64,000 bases of DNA from an uncultured bacterium (GCA_963717435.1 OY970332.1:832001-896000), one strand, 5' to 3'. Counted from the stretch's first letter, positions 30,732-41,060 are shown. Notes: a model not told the origin generated them from the sequence alone. Translations and numbers: made by a program.

Positions 30732-31038
30732 AAATTCTTTTGCCTTTATACTTAATTTTGTGATAAAGGCTGGTTTTATCTTGAGAATCTCTATCAAATT
30801 CTTCTTTAGTTATAACCCAGAGATCTTTAGAAACTCTCGTATTTATCAGAGCTTTATGACCATCTACTAGTTCATGATACTTATCTTTTGTATAATGATC
30901 CAAAACAATTAGTAAATCTAAATCACTATCTTCATCTGGATTTCCCCAGGCATAAGATCCAAAAAGATATATCTCTAATGGATTATAAGTTTTAATAAGC
31001 TTGTTTTTTACTTCTTCTATAATATTTTTATTTATCAT
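30718..31038 (-). CDS. Minimal nucleotidyltransferase (MNT)
   Basis: LFGSYAWG..EDSDLDLL (GS-x10-DxD). Confidence 0.9.
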   Translation of the reverse strand: MINKNIIEEVKNKLIKTYNPLEIYLFGSYAWGNPDEDSDLDLLIVLDHYTKDKYHELVDGHKALINTRVSKDLWVITKEEFDRDSQDKTSLYHKIKYKGKRIYAKA

Positions 31039-31106
31039 CTATCACCTATGAGTTATTTTTGCATGTTTTAAATCTATAAAATTAAATTTTATGAAATAAA
31101 TAATTT

Positions 31107-32984
31107 CTACCAGCCGCCTCCACCGCCACCGCCTCCTCCTCCACCAGAAGATCCACCACCGCCTGATCCAGAAGAGCTGCCGGGGCTGCTTGTTGAAGAA
31201 GAAATTTGGCTTGAAAGTGAGCTTGATAAGTTGCTTGAAAAACTATCAGCTGGAAAAATTACTCCAGCAGGCAATCCTGAATACCAAACAGGATTATATT
31301 CGTGATCCTGTTTTTTTAATTGCTCAAATATTGGCGCGAATTTTTTTGCCCATTCTTTTTCTACGCCAAGAGCAATTGCATATGGTAAATATTTTTCATA
31401 AAGTTCAGGATTTTTAGTTGGGGGCGTGCCAATAACTTTAAGTCTGTCTTCTTCGGTTGTTTGCAAGAATAATTTAAAGCCCATAATCTCTTGCATGGTT
31501 TTTATGCCATCTTGCGTGTACCCGCGTAAAAGATGACCAAAAATAGAGCATAAACACATGTTTATAATACCAATTATAAATGGGATTAAGACGCCCTCAA
31601 GATTTATAAATAAAGATATTAAATAAGTAGATATAGTAATTGCCCATAGTGGCGCGGTTTTACCCGTATTATTTTCAAAGTAATCTAAGCTATAATTTTT
31701 ATATAATATTTCTTGGTAGATATTAACTGTTGTACTTAAATACTCTGATTGGGATTTTGAAATTTTTATAGAATTTGAGTTTCGGAACAATCTTCTAAAT
31801 ATTCTATAATATTCTTGAGATTTATATTTATTTTCTTCAAGATCTTTAACTTTTACTAAAGTATAGGCCCCAGAAAACCAGCCGGGTTCAAATTTTATTT
31901 TTAAATATCCAGCAACTGCAAGTTCGACTATTAAAGCAGCAAAAGATTTCGAATCGTATTTTTTTCTATAAATATATCTTACGGCTCCCGCTGATAAATT
32001 ATTTGGCGGCTGAAAAAGTGGGATAACTGTTTTATAATCTTGAGATTTTCTGAAATCTATTACCCAAATTAAGCCCAATATGAATACTAAAAACAAGCCC
32101 AGCAGCGCAATAATAATATTTAAGTTATCTACCAATAACCATATAATTTTCTGAATAAAACTTGGTTGTGTAACGTATCCCTTGGGCCATGTTGCAACTA
32201 TAGTTAGTCCCTCACCTGGATCAAGTCTTTTTGTTGTTTTAAATATTATTTTGTTGCTTAATATGTTGCTTGATTTTGTTTCCCCGCTCGTCCCGAGTGA
32301 AATTCCGGAGGAATTTAGTATCAGCTCGCCCGGCGAAGCTTTAAGCGAAGCCTGGGAGGGATCGGCGATTTTGGCCCCGTAATCTTGCCCTTTTTCTCCA
32401 AAATAGCCAGTATAAGCTTCAAATTTTATTTTTTCACTTGGGATATTATTGTCCGGCAAAATAACAGTGGCTTCTGCTTTTTCTATAGGTAATCGCCAAC
32501 CATTCCCAGTTACGTTCCAGTAAAGTTCATCAAATTTCTCAAAGTAACCAAGTTGCCTGTTAGTTCTATAATTAATTTCGTAACTATAAATACCGGGGGT
32601 TAAATATATATCTGGGTTGCCAATATAAATATATACCCCATTATTTCTTCTTTCTATCTTATATTGCTCTTTATTACCGTTTTTAAGTACAGATTTAAGT
32701 TCAAATTTTACATTATAATTATTATTAAACTTGTCTTTATATTTTGTTGGGAATTCGCGTACAATTCCACGTTTTATCTGCGCCCCCATGGCATTAACAG
32801 TGATCTTTTCCGTTACATTAAGAGAGCCATCTTTTTCTATTTTTATAAAACTCTCAAATTTAACTATTTTTTCGTTACTGTAATTTTCCCAGTAACAAAA
32901 TATATTACTTATTAAAAAAATGGGCCCTAACGTTACTAGGGCCCTTAATATCAGACTTTTTTTCTTACACGCATTTATTTTCAT
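31107..32984 (-). CDS. DUF2207 membrane protein (LemA partner) carrying an in-frame palindromic insertion
   Basis: ELYWNVTGNGW, YEKYLPYAIALGV, Gly/Ser tail ending GGGW; start chosen after GAGG RBS. Confidence 0.9.
   Translation of the reverse strand: MKINACKKKSLILRALVTLGPIFLISNIFCYWENYSNEKIVKFESFIKIEKDGSLNVTEKITVNAMGAQIKRGIVREFPTKYKDKFNNNYNVKFELKSVLKNGNKEQYKIERRNNGVYIYIGNPDIYLTPGIYSYEINYRTNRQLGYFEKFDELYWNVTGNGWRLPIEKAEATVILPDNNIPSEKIKFEAYTGYFGEKGQDYGAKIADPSQASLKASPGELILNSSGISLGTSGETKSSNILSNKIIFKTTKRLDPGEGLTIVATWPKGYVTQPSFIQKIIWLLVDNLNIIIALLGLFLVFILGLIWVIDFRKSQDYKTVIPLFQPPNNLSAGAVRYIYRKKYDSKSFAALIVELAVAGYLKIKFEPGWFSGAYTLVKVKDLEENKYKSQEYYRIFRRLFRNSNSIKISKSQSEYLSTTVNIYQEILYKNYSLDYFENNTGKTAPLWAITISTYLISLFINLEGVLIPFIIGIINMCLCSIFGHLLRGYTQDGIKTMQEIMGFKLFLQTTEEDRLKVIGTPPTKNPELYEKYLPYAIALGVEKEWAKKFAPIFEQLKKQDHEYNPVWYSGLPAGVIFPADSFSSNLSSSLSSQISSSTSSPGSSSGSGGGGSSGGGGGGGGGGGW
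32282..32363 (-). repeat. Palindromic element A with nested 33 bp element B, in-frame in DUF2207 gene
   Basis: Minus strand GATCCCTC[CCAGGCTTCGCTTAAAGCTTCGCCGGGCGAGCT]GATACTAAATTCCTCCGGAATTTCACTCGGGACGAGCGGG. Confidence 0.9.
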
Positions 32985-33013
32985 ATATGCCTCACTGTCG
33001 ATCTGTGTTCTAT

Positions 33014-33082
33014 CCCCGCCGTCTTTAATATCGCCTGCGCGCCGAAGCTTTAGCGTAGGCGTGAGGGATTGGCGGGCTGTCT
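33014..33082 (-). repeat. Degenerate element with nested B-type unit between lemA and DUF2207
   Basis: Minus strand AGACAGCCCGCCAATCCCTC[ACGCCTACGCTAAAGCTTCGGCGCGCAGGC]GATA...GGCGGGG. Confidence 0.75.
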
Positions 33083-33645
33083 TAAAACTTAACCTGTGGA
33101 TTTTCTCTTTCAATCCCATTAGAAAGTTCAAAATATTCAGCTTTTTTAAAGCCCAATCCTGAAGCTATTAAGTTCTTTGGAAATACTGTAATTCCAATAT
33201 TATAGTTTCTTGCAGCGCCATTATAATATCTTCTTGATAGCTGAATATCGTTTTCTATATTATTCAAATCTTCTTGAAGTTTCATAAAGTTTTGATTTGC
33301 TTTTAGTTCAGGGTAGTTTTCAGCGACGGCAAAAAGTGTTTTTAAAGCCGAAGTTAAACCTGTTTCAGCTATAGATTTTTGGTCTATAGTACTGGCACCC
33401 ATGGATGCGGCACGCAATTTGGCTATATTTTCAAAAATATCTTTCTCGTGGATACTATACTGTTTTACAGTTGCTACCAGGTTTGGAATCAGGTCATAAC
33501 GTCTTTTTAATTGAACATCGATACCCGACCAACCCTCATCAACCATGGCTTTTAGGTGAACCAAGCCGTTATAAGCTGAAATTGCATAAAGGGCCAAAAC
33601 GCCCAAAACTGCCAAAATCACTATCAAAGTTGTGTTTATTTCCAT
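33082..33645 (-). CDS. lemA: LemA family protein
   Basis: WSGIDVQLKRRYDLIPNLV, ENYPELKA, RRYYN, FP. Confidence 0.95.
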   Translation of the reverse strand: MEINTTLIVILAVLGVLALYAISAYNGLVHLKAMVDEGWSGIDVQLKRRYDLIPNLVATVKQYSIHEKDIFENIAKLRAASMGASTIDQKSIAETGLTSALKTLFAVAENYPELKANQNFMKLQEDLNNIENDIQLSRRYYNGAARNYNIGITVFPKNLIASGLGFKKAEYFELSNGIERENPQVKF

Positions 33646-33993
33646 TTTTACTCCTAAAAGTTATTGTTTTAAACACTTTTCTTCTATAACTATTATAACA
33701 CAGATTTATATTTCCCATAACTTGCAGTTTTTTTAGTAAAAACCCAACACTGTTTTTCAGGGTTATTACAGGAGTGTTTTTAGCTGTCGCCAAAACTTGC
33801 TGTAAAAACTCTTGAATTTAGTTGTTAATTTCAGATATGATTAAATTGTAGTAAAAATATTTGTGAATTAAAAAGCAACGGCGGCGGATTTGATTTACAG
33901 TGATTGTGGATAAATTTAATTGAAATAAAAAGTGAGTTTGAATCAAGTAAAGAATGTTTAATAATTATTAAAAAACCAATTTAAGGAGGTTTT

Positions 33994-34335
33994 ATGAAGA
34001 AGAGTTTATTATTTGCAAGTTTGGTCGCTTTGGCAGGTAGCTTAAGCGCCTACGATCTTATAATTGAAAATAAGTTACCGGCTGTTGCCTACTATTTAAT
34101 TGAATACGGTTCTGGTTCGCCAGACAAGGGATACCTTGCACCAGTTGGGCAAGAAGGCTCGAGCGACACTGTTCTTACGCATGGAAGTTGCGTAAATAAA
34201 GTCGCTGCAAAAAATAATGACACAGGTGCCTGGGCCGATGATTGGAAAGGTTTCGATCTTTGCAAGTCTACAAAGTTTTCCATTCAAAGGGCGGCTAACG
34301 GTGGAGTAGAAATTAAACGAATTTATGATTTCTAG
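33994..34335 (+). CDS. Small secreted Cys-containing beta protein
   Basis: AAGGAGG RBS, signal peptide (LSA/YD), followed by terminator. Confidence 0.85.
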   Translation: MKKSLLFASLVALAGSLSAYDLIIENKLPAVAYYLIEYGSGSPDKGYLAPVGQEGSSDTVLTHGSCVNKVAAKNNDTGAWADDWKGFDLCKSTKFSIQRAANGGVEIKRIYDF

Positions 34336-34376
34336 AAATCGGCTCCATAAGTGTTAGAGCTTAGGATTAAGAATTG

Positions 34377-34406
34377 AAAAGGGCCGTTTAATTACGGCCC
34401 TTTTTT
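34377..34406 (+). terminator. Intrinsic terminator
   Basis: AAAAGGGCCGT-ttaatt-ACGGCCCTTTTTT. Confidence 0.85.
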
Positions 34407-34434
34407 GTAATAAACCAATTAAATGGTCAGAACT

Positions 34435-34806
34435 ATGAATAAAAAAATATTATTTTTTGCTATTTGTTTAAGTCTTGCAAGAAATACTTATGGATATACG
34501 GTTACTATTGAAAATCAGTTTGATGTTACAGTAAGAGTAACAACTGAATATCAGAACCCGGAATTATGTCCGTTATTTAGTTTTGATGTCCCATCTGGTC
34601 AGATTCGTGAACAAAAATATACAGACGACTGTTGTTTGACAAAGCTTACTGTCGAGGCCAAAGACAGGACATATTATCAGTTTGGAACAGGAGCCTGCAC
34701 GAACTTTTATTATATTATTAGGCCCAAAGCTGATACTAGAGATTTCTTTATAGATCAAAATAACGGTTCTACTATCGATATGCAGGGTAGCAAATTTAGG
34801 GGTTAG
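34435..34806 (+). CDS. Small secreted Cys-containing protein, likely distant paralog of 33994..34335
   Basis: Signal peptide, Y-x-x-x-IEN mature start, similarly placed cysteines. Confidence 0.75.
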   Translation: MNKKILFFAICLSLARNTYGYTVTIENQFDVTVRVTTEYQNPELCPLFSFDVPSGQIREQKYTDDCCLTKLTVEAKDRTYYQFGTGACTNFYYIIRPKADTRDFFIDQNNGSTIDMQGSKFRG

Positions 34807-34811
34807 AGTTT

Positions 34812-37800
34812 TTATTCAAAAATATCGCCCGATATTTTTATATCAAAATATTTTGGCAGTACTATTTTTTCTATAAGCTTAGAAGAAGCTAGCATATCTT
34901 CTTTGTTTTCTGATCTTACAATAACATGGGAATTTATGTCTTTTAACGTCGACTCTAATTCGACGATTAATTTGATAAAAAGTTTTATTCCAGCAATTCT
35001 GTCGCTATCTGTTGATATAGTTTCTTTTGCTCCAGAATTATCTGTACTATTTTCAGAATCTGCGTTGTCATCTAAGATTTCTTTCACGCTGTGTTTTTGT
35101 GACAATAAATTTTTGTTCGAAGAAGCAGAAGAGTCCAGTTCTTTTTCCAGCTTTTGCCATAAGTTTTTTTCTTCAATCTTCTTCAATAATTCTGAAGTTG
35201 ACATGGCAATGTTGCCCTTGTTGGCAAGAAAAGCTTCCATTTGATGATCCGTTACTAAATCTGTAATTATATTCTGATCATCTTCAACAGGCGTGTAGGT
35301 ATACGCATAAAGCATGAAAAATGTTCCAGGGTTGGACCAATCCATACAGTGTGCGATATCTTTGTGAATCCCCCATTTTCTTTGCTTCTTTTTAGATTCA
35401 ATAATATGAAACTTCTCGATAGGCTTATATTTATCTTTGTTTTCACTTAAATCTACTATTGGCAGTCGCTTTTCAAGAGCATAAAGATAACCAGATTTGT
35501 CGCGTTTAATTATTAATGGAGGCACGCCGTACGGTATTTTTTCAGGAACCAAAAACTGCCCGTTTTCAGATTTACAATAAACAAGTTGTGAAATGATCCC
35601 GTACCATTGCGCACGAATTGGTGTAACAAAATTTTGAAACTGTTCAAAGTCTTGACAGCTTTCATGCATCACGCCAACTACTGTTGTTTTTACGCCATTA
35701 GTTAAAATAAGTTCTGAGCCACGTTTGATCTGATTTTTGTAACTTGTATCTGGAATCTCTCCGTCCATGCCGGACCATATGCTCGAATAATACTCGTGAT
35801 TAATATAATTTTGAAATAAATTTACAATTTTATTATTAAGATCTAATAATTTTTTCGAATCAAATTTTAAAAGAATATTATAAACTTTATCAAGCGCATA
35901 TTGAGAATCTCTCAACTCATGTTCTTTTGACAGCTTTTCTTGTACATGTTTTAAAATATCTTCGCCTTGCGCAGCTATAACTCTTTGCACTTCTGACTTT
36001 AAATCTTTTTCAAGCGTTTTTCCTGAAATTAAATTTAAGCTTTCGCCTGCGTGTTTTTCCAATATATTATACATAGATAATCTTAAAGCGGTTTCTATAA
36101 CAAGATTTTCAGCAAGCTTGGCTCTGCAGTCGTTTAATAGTTTATAATTTTCTGCTTCTCTGTGTACCATTATTTTGTAGAAGCTATTTTCGATATCAAA
36201 TCTGTCTTTAAACAATTTTTTCGCGTACTGCAAAATAAAGTTAACACGAATATTTTCTCTTGATGTTCTTGGGTACATACTCAAGAAGTTAACAAATACC
36301 ACTCGTTCGATACCTTGGGCCTTCATCTTGTCTATCAAAATTTGCATGAAATCTTTATAACTTAATGGAAGCGACAGGCCCTTTACGAATAACATCTGTT
36401 CAGGCACAGCGTTTTTAAGACCAGTTGAATGGGTGGTTGCTAACGGTACAAGAATTTTTAAAGTTTTATTCTCTTTTTTATTAAATATATAATGGCTATT
36501 TTCAAACTCGAATGGGACCCAGTCCTGATCAAGCTTGTTTAAATTTACTACCTGTTGCGCGAAGTGATATTCGATATTACTGTCACTATTATTAGTATTA
36601 TTACTGTTATTAGAGTAAAGCTCAAGATTTTCGCGTATAACTTGATTTTTTAGATGCTCAAAATTTTCTATAAGCTTTTCACGATTTTCAGAAACAAATT
36701 TTAAAATTTTATTAATATCATGTTCTTGAAGATCTTTTTTGGTTGATACGTCAGAGTAAACAAACCCCTCAGGTTTTATCGTAAAATGACTTATTTGGGC
36801 AGGAAGATCCACCAAAAACAATTTGTCTTTTAACTTATATACTGTCGCTTCTTGACTTGACGAGTTATCGCAACGTTCATATTTTTCAAATTGATCAGAA
36901 TATTTTTGCCAATTTTGTATATTATTTAATAAAGTACTTTTTCCGACGCCATCAACAAAACTGCCGAATATATAAGCAGTGTTTTTATCTTCTATTGGCT
37001 TTATATATTTTTCAAATTCTGTAATAAATTTTTGAGCGTTAGCAGTCGCGCCAGCCTTTTGTATAGATAGCGTCTCTATAGGGTAAGTTATATCTGGTCC
37101 GACAAATATCTTTTTGATATTACATTTGCCCTTAACCAACATGCTGGCATATTCTGTAGAGAATAAAATATCTTGTGTTGCAATATTATTCCCAAATCCA
37201 CTTTTGCATGATTTTTCAAACAAGAATTTCCAGAAATCCACTATGCTGCTCAAGCAAGCAACAGGGTCCTTGGAATATATTTTTCGTTCTATTTCGTTTC
37301 TGATTTGAATTATATAATCAAAATCTTTATCTAATGCATGCTTTTGGAAAACTACGTTGTTGTCATCAAAAAAATTAATATTTTTTGCATGGACATGTTC
37401 AAATATCGCGGGGCTGTCTGGGTGCCACTTTTTTTCTAACCAGTTTGCATCTTTTAAAACAAATCCTGTTAAGAAGCCAAACATGTTTCTTGCTGATTTT
37501 TCTGAACCAGAATTATTTTTTAGTATCGCTTCATCATGAATATCTTCACGATCCCAGCTTGAAGTATACGGCGGCATTCCGTCTTCCTGGTACCCAATAA
37601 TTAATATATCATGATCAACTTTAATCTGATTTTGTTTTATAAACTCTCTAAGTTGCAAAAAACTATTAGCCGTTTTTTTTAGAGTATATGGGTGATATTC
37701 TCGAGTGTATTTACTCTCAAGATCATACTTGTCTATAAAACTATCTATAAAATTATCAGGGTTTGCTTCTGAAAATAAAAAATTTACACAGAACAAGCTT

Positions 37801-37832
37801 AGCATTAACATGCTAGATTTTTTATTAATCAT
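34812..37832 (-). CDS. Large hypothetical protein with P-loop-like motif
   Basis: About 1000 aa; signal-like MINKKSSMLMLSLFCVNFLFS; GSFVDGVGKSTLL and LVDLPA; start could extend to 38069. Confidence 0.75.
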   Translation of the reverse strand: MINKKSSMLMLSLFCVNFLFSEANPDNFIDSFIDKYDLESKYTREYHPYTLKKTANSFLQLREFIKQNQIKVDHDILIIGYQEDGMPPYTSSWDREDIHDEAILKNNSGSEKSARNMFGFLTGFVLKDANWLEKKWHPDSPAIFEHVHAKNINFFDDNNVVFQKHALDKDFDYIIQIRNEIERKIYSKDPVACLSSIVDFWKFLFEKSCKSGFGNNIATQDILFSTEYASMLVKGKCNIKKIFVGPDITYPIETLSIQKAGATANAQKFITEFEKYIKPIEDKNTAYIFGSFVDGVGKSTLLNNIQNWQKYSDQFEKYERCDNSSSQEATVYKLKDKLFLVDLPAQISHFTIKPEGFVYSDVSTKKDLQEHDINKILKFVSENREKLIENFEHLKNQVIRENLELYSNNSNNTNNSDSNIEYHFAQQVVNLNKLDQDWVPFEFENSHYIFNKKENKTLKILVPLATTHSTGLKNAVPEQMLFVKGLSLPLSYKDFMQILIDKMKAQGIERVVFVNFLSMYPRTSRENIRVNFILQYAKKLFKDRFDIENSFYKIMVHREAENYKLLNDCRAKLAENLVIETALRLSMYNILEKHAGESLNLISGKTLEKDLKSEVQRVIAAQGEDILKHVQEKLSKEHELRDSQYALDKVYNILLKFDSKKLLDLNNKIVNLFQNYINHEYYSSIWSGMDGEIPDTSYKNQIKRGSELILTNGVKTTVVGVMHESCQDFEQFQNFVTPIRAQWYGIISQLVYCKSENGQFLVPEKIPYGVPPLIIKRDKSGYLYALEKRLPIVDLSENKDKYKPIEKFHIIESKKKQRKWGIHKDIAHCMDWSNPGTFFMLYAYTYTPVEDDQNIITDLVTDHQMEAFLANKGNIAMSTSELLKKIEEKNLWQKLEKELDSSASSNKNLLSQKHSVKEILDDNADSENSTDNSGAKETISTDSDRIAGIKLFIKLIVELESTLKDINSHVIVRSENKEDMLASSKLIEKIVLPKYFDIKISGDIFE

Positions 37833-37867
37833 CCATATATTTTCCGGTACTTTGGGCAGATTTTCAT

Positions 37868-38002
37868 GATCCGCTCGTCCTGAGTGTTTTTTGAGCGTAT
37901 TGCGCGAAAAAAACGTATCGAAGGATCGGATCACGGGTTCGCTGTATCCTTCGATACATTCTACTTCGCTCTCCGAGCTTCGTAGAACACTCAGGACGAG
38001 CG
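37868..38002. repeat. Inverted pair of palindromic element A
   Basis: CGCTCGTCCTGAGTG..GTATCGAAGGAT facing ATCCTTCGATAC..CACTCAGGACGAGCG; each copy has a different inner hairpin. Confidence 0.9.
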
Positions 38003-38058
38003 AGTGTAGATCAAGCTTTGCTTTGAATTTTGAAAATATTTTTAAAATAACTGAGTTT

Positions 38059-38934
38059 CTAATCACCATAATCTGCCTGCTTATTTTGTTTTTTTAGCAA
38101 ACTTACTATTTGTTGGTTTTTCTCGTATAACTCAGCATATATTGCTTCAAATTTCGTTTTGTCATAAGTCGCATTTGACCAGGTTTTTAATTTAGCAACC
38201 TGTTTTTTAAGCTCTTTATTAAACTTCACAGCCAGCTGACAATATTTCTTATAAAGCTCTGAATTATTAATATGGGCGTAAGAGTATTTGATTGCTTCTG
38301 AAAATTGGTTCACCAAGCAGTCGCAATAAAATGCATAAAAAACAAACATTGGATGATGCTCCCCTTGGGGCACATCAAGTTGTTGTGCAATATCCAAAAT
38401 GGGTATTAACCCATTCTCTGAAGCAATTTTTTTTGTAACTTGAATAAGATCTATGTCTTTATTATAAGATTTTAGATAAATATTTTTTAAAAATATTTCA
38501 TAAACTGTGCATTGCCAAAGTGACTTTGAATAAAGCTGTGTGATATCATCACAGTCTTTTTCATTAAAGTAATCAGCTCTTGTTTGCGATTGCGCAAGCA
38601 TTAAAATTGCAAGTTCTAACCCTTTAAAAAAATCTTTTAGCTGGAGATTTAAAAGCTCCTGCATAACCCACGGTGCATTGGGTTTAAACTCATCTAACTG
38701 TTTCTTGAAGCTTTCCAGCCCCAATATCTCAGTAGTATTTGTTTCAGATATTTTTTTGCTAATTAGATTTTGTATAGATTCTGTTTCTTGTTCCCGCTCG
38801 TCCCGAGTGTTCTTCGAAGCCTTGGCGAAGAAGAATGTATCGAGGGATTGCGATGTGCTCTTAGCGAGATTAGGGCTAAGTAATATAGCAACTAAAGCAA
38901 GAACCAGTAGTTCAGATTTAAGTTTTATTGCCAT
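38059..38934 (-). CDS. Secreted hypothetical protein with in-frame element A just after the signal peptide
   Basis: AAGGGGG RBS, MAIKLK + hydrophobic stretch. Confidence 0.75.
   Translation of the reverse strand: MAIKLKSELLVLALVAILLSPNLAKSTSQSLDTFFFAKASKNTRDEREQETESIQNLISKKISETNTTEILGLESFKKQLDEFKPNAPWVMQELLNLQLKDFFKGLELAILMLAQSQTRADYFNEKDCDDITQLYSKSLWQCTVYEIFLKNIYLKSYNKDIDLIQVTKKIASENGLIPILDIAQQLDVPQGEHHPMFVFYAFYCDCLVNQFSEAIKYSYAHINNSELYKKYCQLAVKFNKELKKQVAKLKTWSNATYDKTKFEAIYAELYEKNQQIVSLLKKQNKQADYGD
38793..38848 (-). repeat. Palindromic element A, in-frame
   Basis: Shares an exact 39 bp core TCGATACATTCTTCTTCGCCAAGGCTTCGAAGAACACTC with the 60312-60380 copy. Confidence 0.92.
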
Positions 38935-38956
38935 TTTAACCGCCCCCTTTTTTATT

Positions 38957-40069
38957 TTAGAACCAACTGTTATTTTCAGCCAAATTAGCCTCAAAATCCA
39001 CAAACATCTTGCTTACGTTATTCATAGCGGCAAGTCTGTTTTTTATCGCAGCAAGATTGTGCGATGCAATAAGATCTGAAATATCTGCAAGATTGTTTTT
39101 AAAGTTCTCGGCCAAACTGTCCAAGCCAGATCTTGCTGCAGCAGGCATGTCTTTGTTCTTCACTTTGGTAGCATAAAGCATGTATGCGATAACTCTATGA
39201 CCCTCTTTTAATAATTGGGCATAAGCCATATTCAAATTCTCTCTGCTTAGCTGTGCATATAGTTCGTCACCAGATTTTTCAGTGCCAACTATCGTGCATG
39301 CATTAACCATCTCTAGCGCAGATTCAAAGTTAGTATGATGGGTAATAAAATATTCGTAACTAAGAGGCATAAAATGCTTGTAAAAGCTTCTGCTTGTCCA
39401 TGCTATTGCCGCACCTAGCGCCAACTGGAACCCTATTCCTGTTCCAATTCCCCAAATTCCATGGAAAAAGCTGCTAATATACCCGCGTTCTGGTTCTATA
39501 TGAGTCTTGTTTTGCCAGTTTATCAATAACGCATTCAATTCAGATGGCGAAAGTTGTTTTAGAAAACAGATTAGAGTTCTGAGTAAATTTATATTTTTGC
39601 TTTGTTTTGGCTTTTCACGACCAATTTCATCTAGAGAATCCAAAAGTTCGCGAATTTCACTTTTTTTCTGCTCGGCATCTACATGAACTTTTCTATCAGC
39701 TTCTATCAAATTAACTAGATCTATTAATTCGTCTTTTGCAGCTTTCCGCGGCTTGCCTATCTTCGAATATAAATCTTTGCAGGTTGAGACTACATCTTTT
39801 TGGTACAAATAATATCCAGCACCTAAAGCCACTGTCGCATACCCAAGTGTTCTAAATTTACTGTTTTTTTCTTCAAGACTAATTATTGTTTTGATCTCAT
39901 GCAAAATTTGATCGCGATTAATAATCAGAGCAGATTTTTTTTCTTGCAAAGTTTGTTCTGCTATTTTTGGTTCAGCAACTTGCGTTTGAGCAATTAAGCT
40001 GTTAGCACAAAACAGAGCCAATAATATTTTGCAACTTAAGTTTTTATTTATAAGTTTTAAGCTTGTCAT
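38957..40069 (-). CDS. Hypothetical exported/membrane protein
   Basis: Signal peptide plus two internal Gly-rich hydrophobic segments. Confidence 0.75.
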   Translation of the reverse strand: MTSLKLINKNLSCKILLALFCANSLIAQTQVAEPKIAEQTLQEKKSALIINRDQILHEIKTIISLEEKNSKFRTLGYATVALGAGYYLYQKDVVSTCKDLYSKIGKPRKAAKDELIDLVNLIEADRKVHVDAEQKKSEIRELLDSLDEIGREKPKQSKNINLLRTLICFLKQLSPSELNALLINWQNKTHIEPERGYISSFFHGIWGIGTGIGFQLALGAAIAWTSRSFYKHFMPLSYEYFITHHTNFESALEMVNACTIVGTEKSGDELYAQLSRENLNMAYAQLLKEGHRVIAYMLYATKVKNKDMPAAARSGLDSLAENFKNNLADISDLIASHNLAAIKNRLAAMNNVSKMFVDFEANLAENNSWF

Positions 40070-40085
40070 CTCAGACTCCAAATTT

Positions 40086-41060
40086 TTAATTTAACCCAGC
40101 TAAGCTAGAAAGATCCATGTCACCTAATGACATTCCTGATGACTTTGAAGATCCTGATGAGCTACTTGCAGAAGGTTCCATAAATTTATTTTCTTGCTTA
40201 GATCCAAGATCAGAACCATAATTTATCAACTGCGCTATATACTTTAAATCTTGGCACACAATTGACAACCATGTTTTAAGTTCGCCATGCTTTTCTTGCA
40301 TCTCTTTTAGAGATTTTGTATCGGCTATTATTTCTCTCATGTGAACTAAATCTGATATTGTGTAGCCAATTTGTATAGCTATTGATTCTTGATCACATCC
40401 ACTAAAAGAATTACTAAACTTTAGGGCCATTCTTCTTATGATTCCTGACTTATCAGCTCTTGCTGCTTCTGGGCTATACCAGATTAAAGATCTCTTGAAA
40501 AATCTGATTGTATAATCGATTTCAGCCAATATTCTTAATTTAACAGGGATCCAAGAATTGCTTGAACCAGTATTGGTATCAATCTCTGCACGCTTTTCTT
40601 TTGAAAAATTACCCAAGGAAACTTGAGTATAGGGCGTAATTTGCTTTGTTAATCTGTTATTAATAATAATTAGTATATCCCAATCAAGCGGCTTCATTTG
40701 GGTCAAGAATCTGTGATACAAATGTATGAATGAGGATGTTAGGGCATCCCAACCTATAGGAAAAACGCGGAACATTTTTTCAGCCGTAGCCCTTATCGCC
40801 CCAGAAAGGGCATCATGTACGCCTTTATCAAAAGCTAGAGAGATTTTTGCGCGCCAATTTTTTAGCTTTTGCAGCGCTTCTAGGTCACTTCCACCACCAA
40901 TTAGCATTCTTCGAAGCATAAGCTCCTCGTCGACTTTTGATGTTCTTGCGTCATCGTTCTCTGTAGCCGCATCCTTCTTCATTCCCCAAATTGTTGCAAA
41001 AGAAGCTTGAATCAACAGAACCATAACTAGTTTTGTTGCAAATTTGTTTGTTTTTTCCAT
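40086..41060 (-). CDS. Secreted hypothetical protein
   Basis: Signal peptide, Ser-rich tail. Confidence 0.75.
   Translation of the reverse strand: MEKTNKFATKLVMVLLIQASFATIWGMKKDAATENDDARTSKVDEELMLRRMLIGGGSDLEALQKLKNWRAKISLAFDKGVHDALSGAIRATAEKMFRVFPIGWDALTSSFIHLYHRFLTQMKPLDWDILIIINNRLTKQITPYTQVSLGNFSKEKRAEIDTNTGSSNSWIPVKLRILAEIDYTIRFFKRSLIWYSPEAARADKSGIIRRMALKFSNSFSGCDQESIAIQIGYTISDLVHMREIIADTKSLKEMQEKHGELKTWLSIVCQDLKYIAQLINYGSDLGSKQENKFMEPSASSSSGSSKSSGMSLGDMDLSSLAGLN

Noticed and set aside
31107-31240. GC-rich low-complexity tract
   Set aside because: Encodes the normal Gly/Ser tail of DUF2207 proteins
32985-33131. N-terminal extension of DUF2207 ORF in the track (start 33131)
   Set aside because: Overlaps lemA and runs through a repeat; a GAGG RBS and signal peptide support 32984
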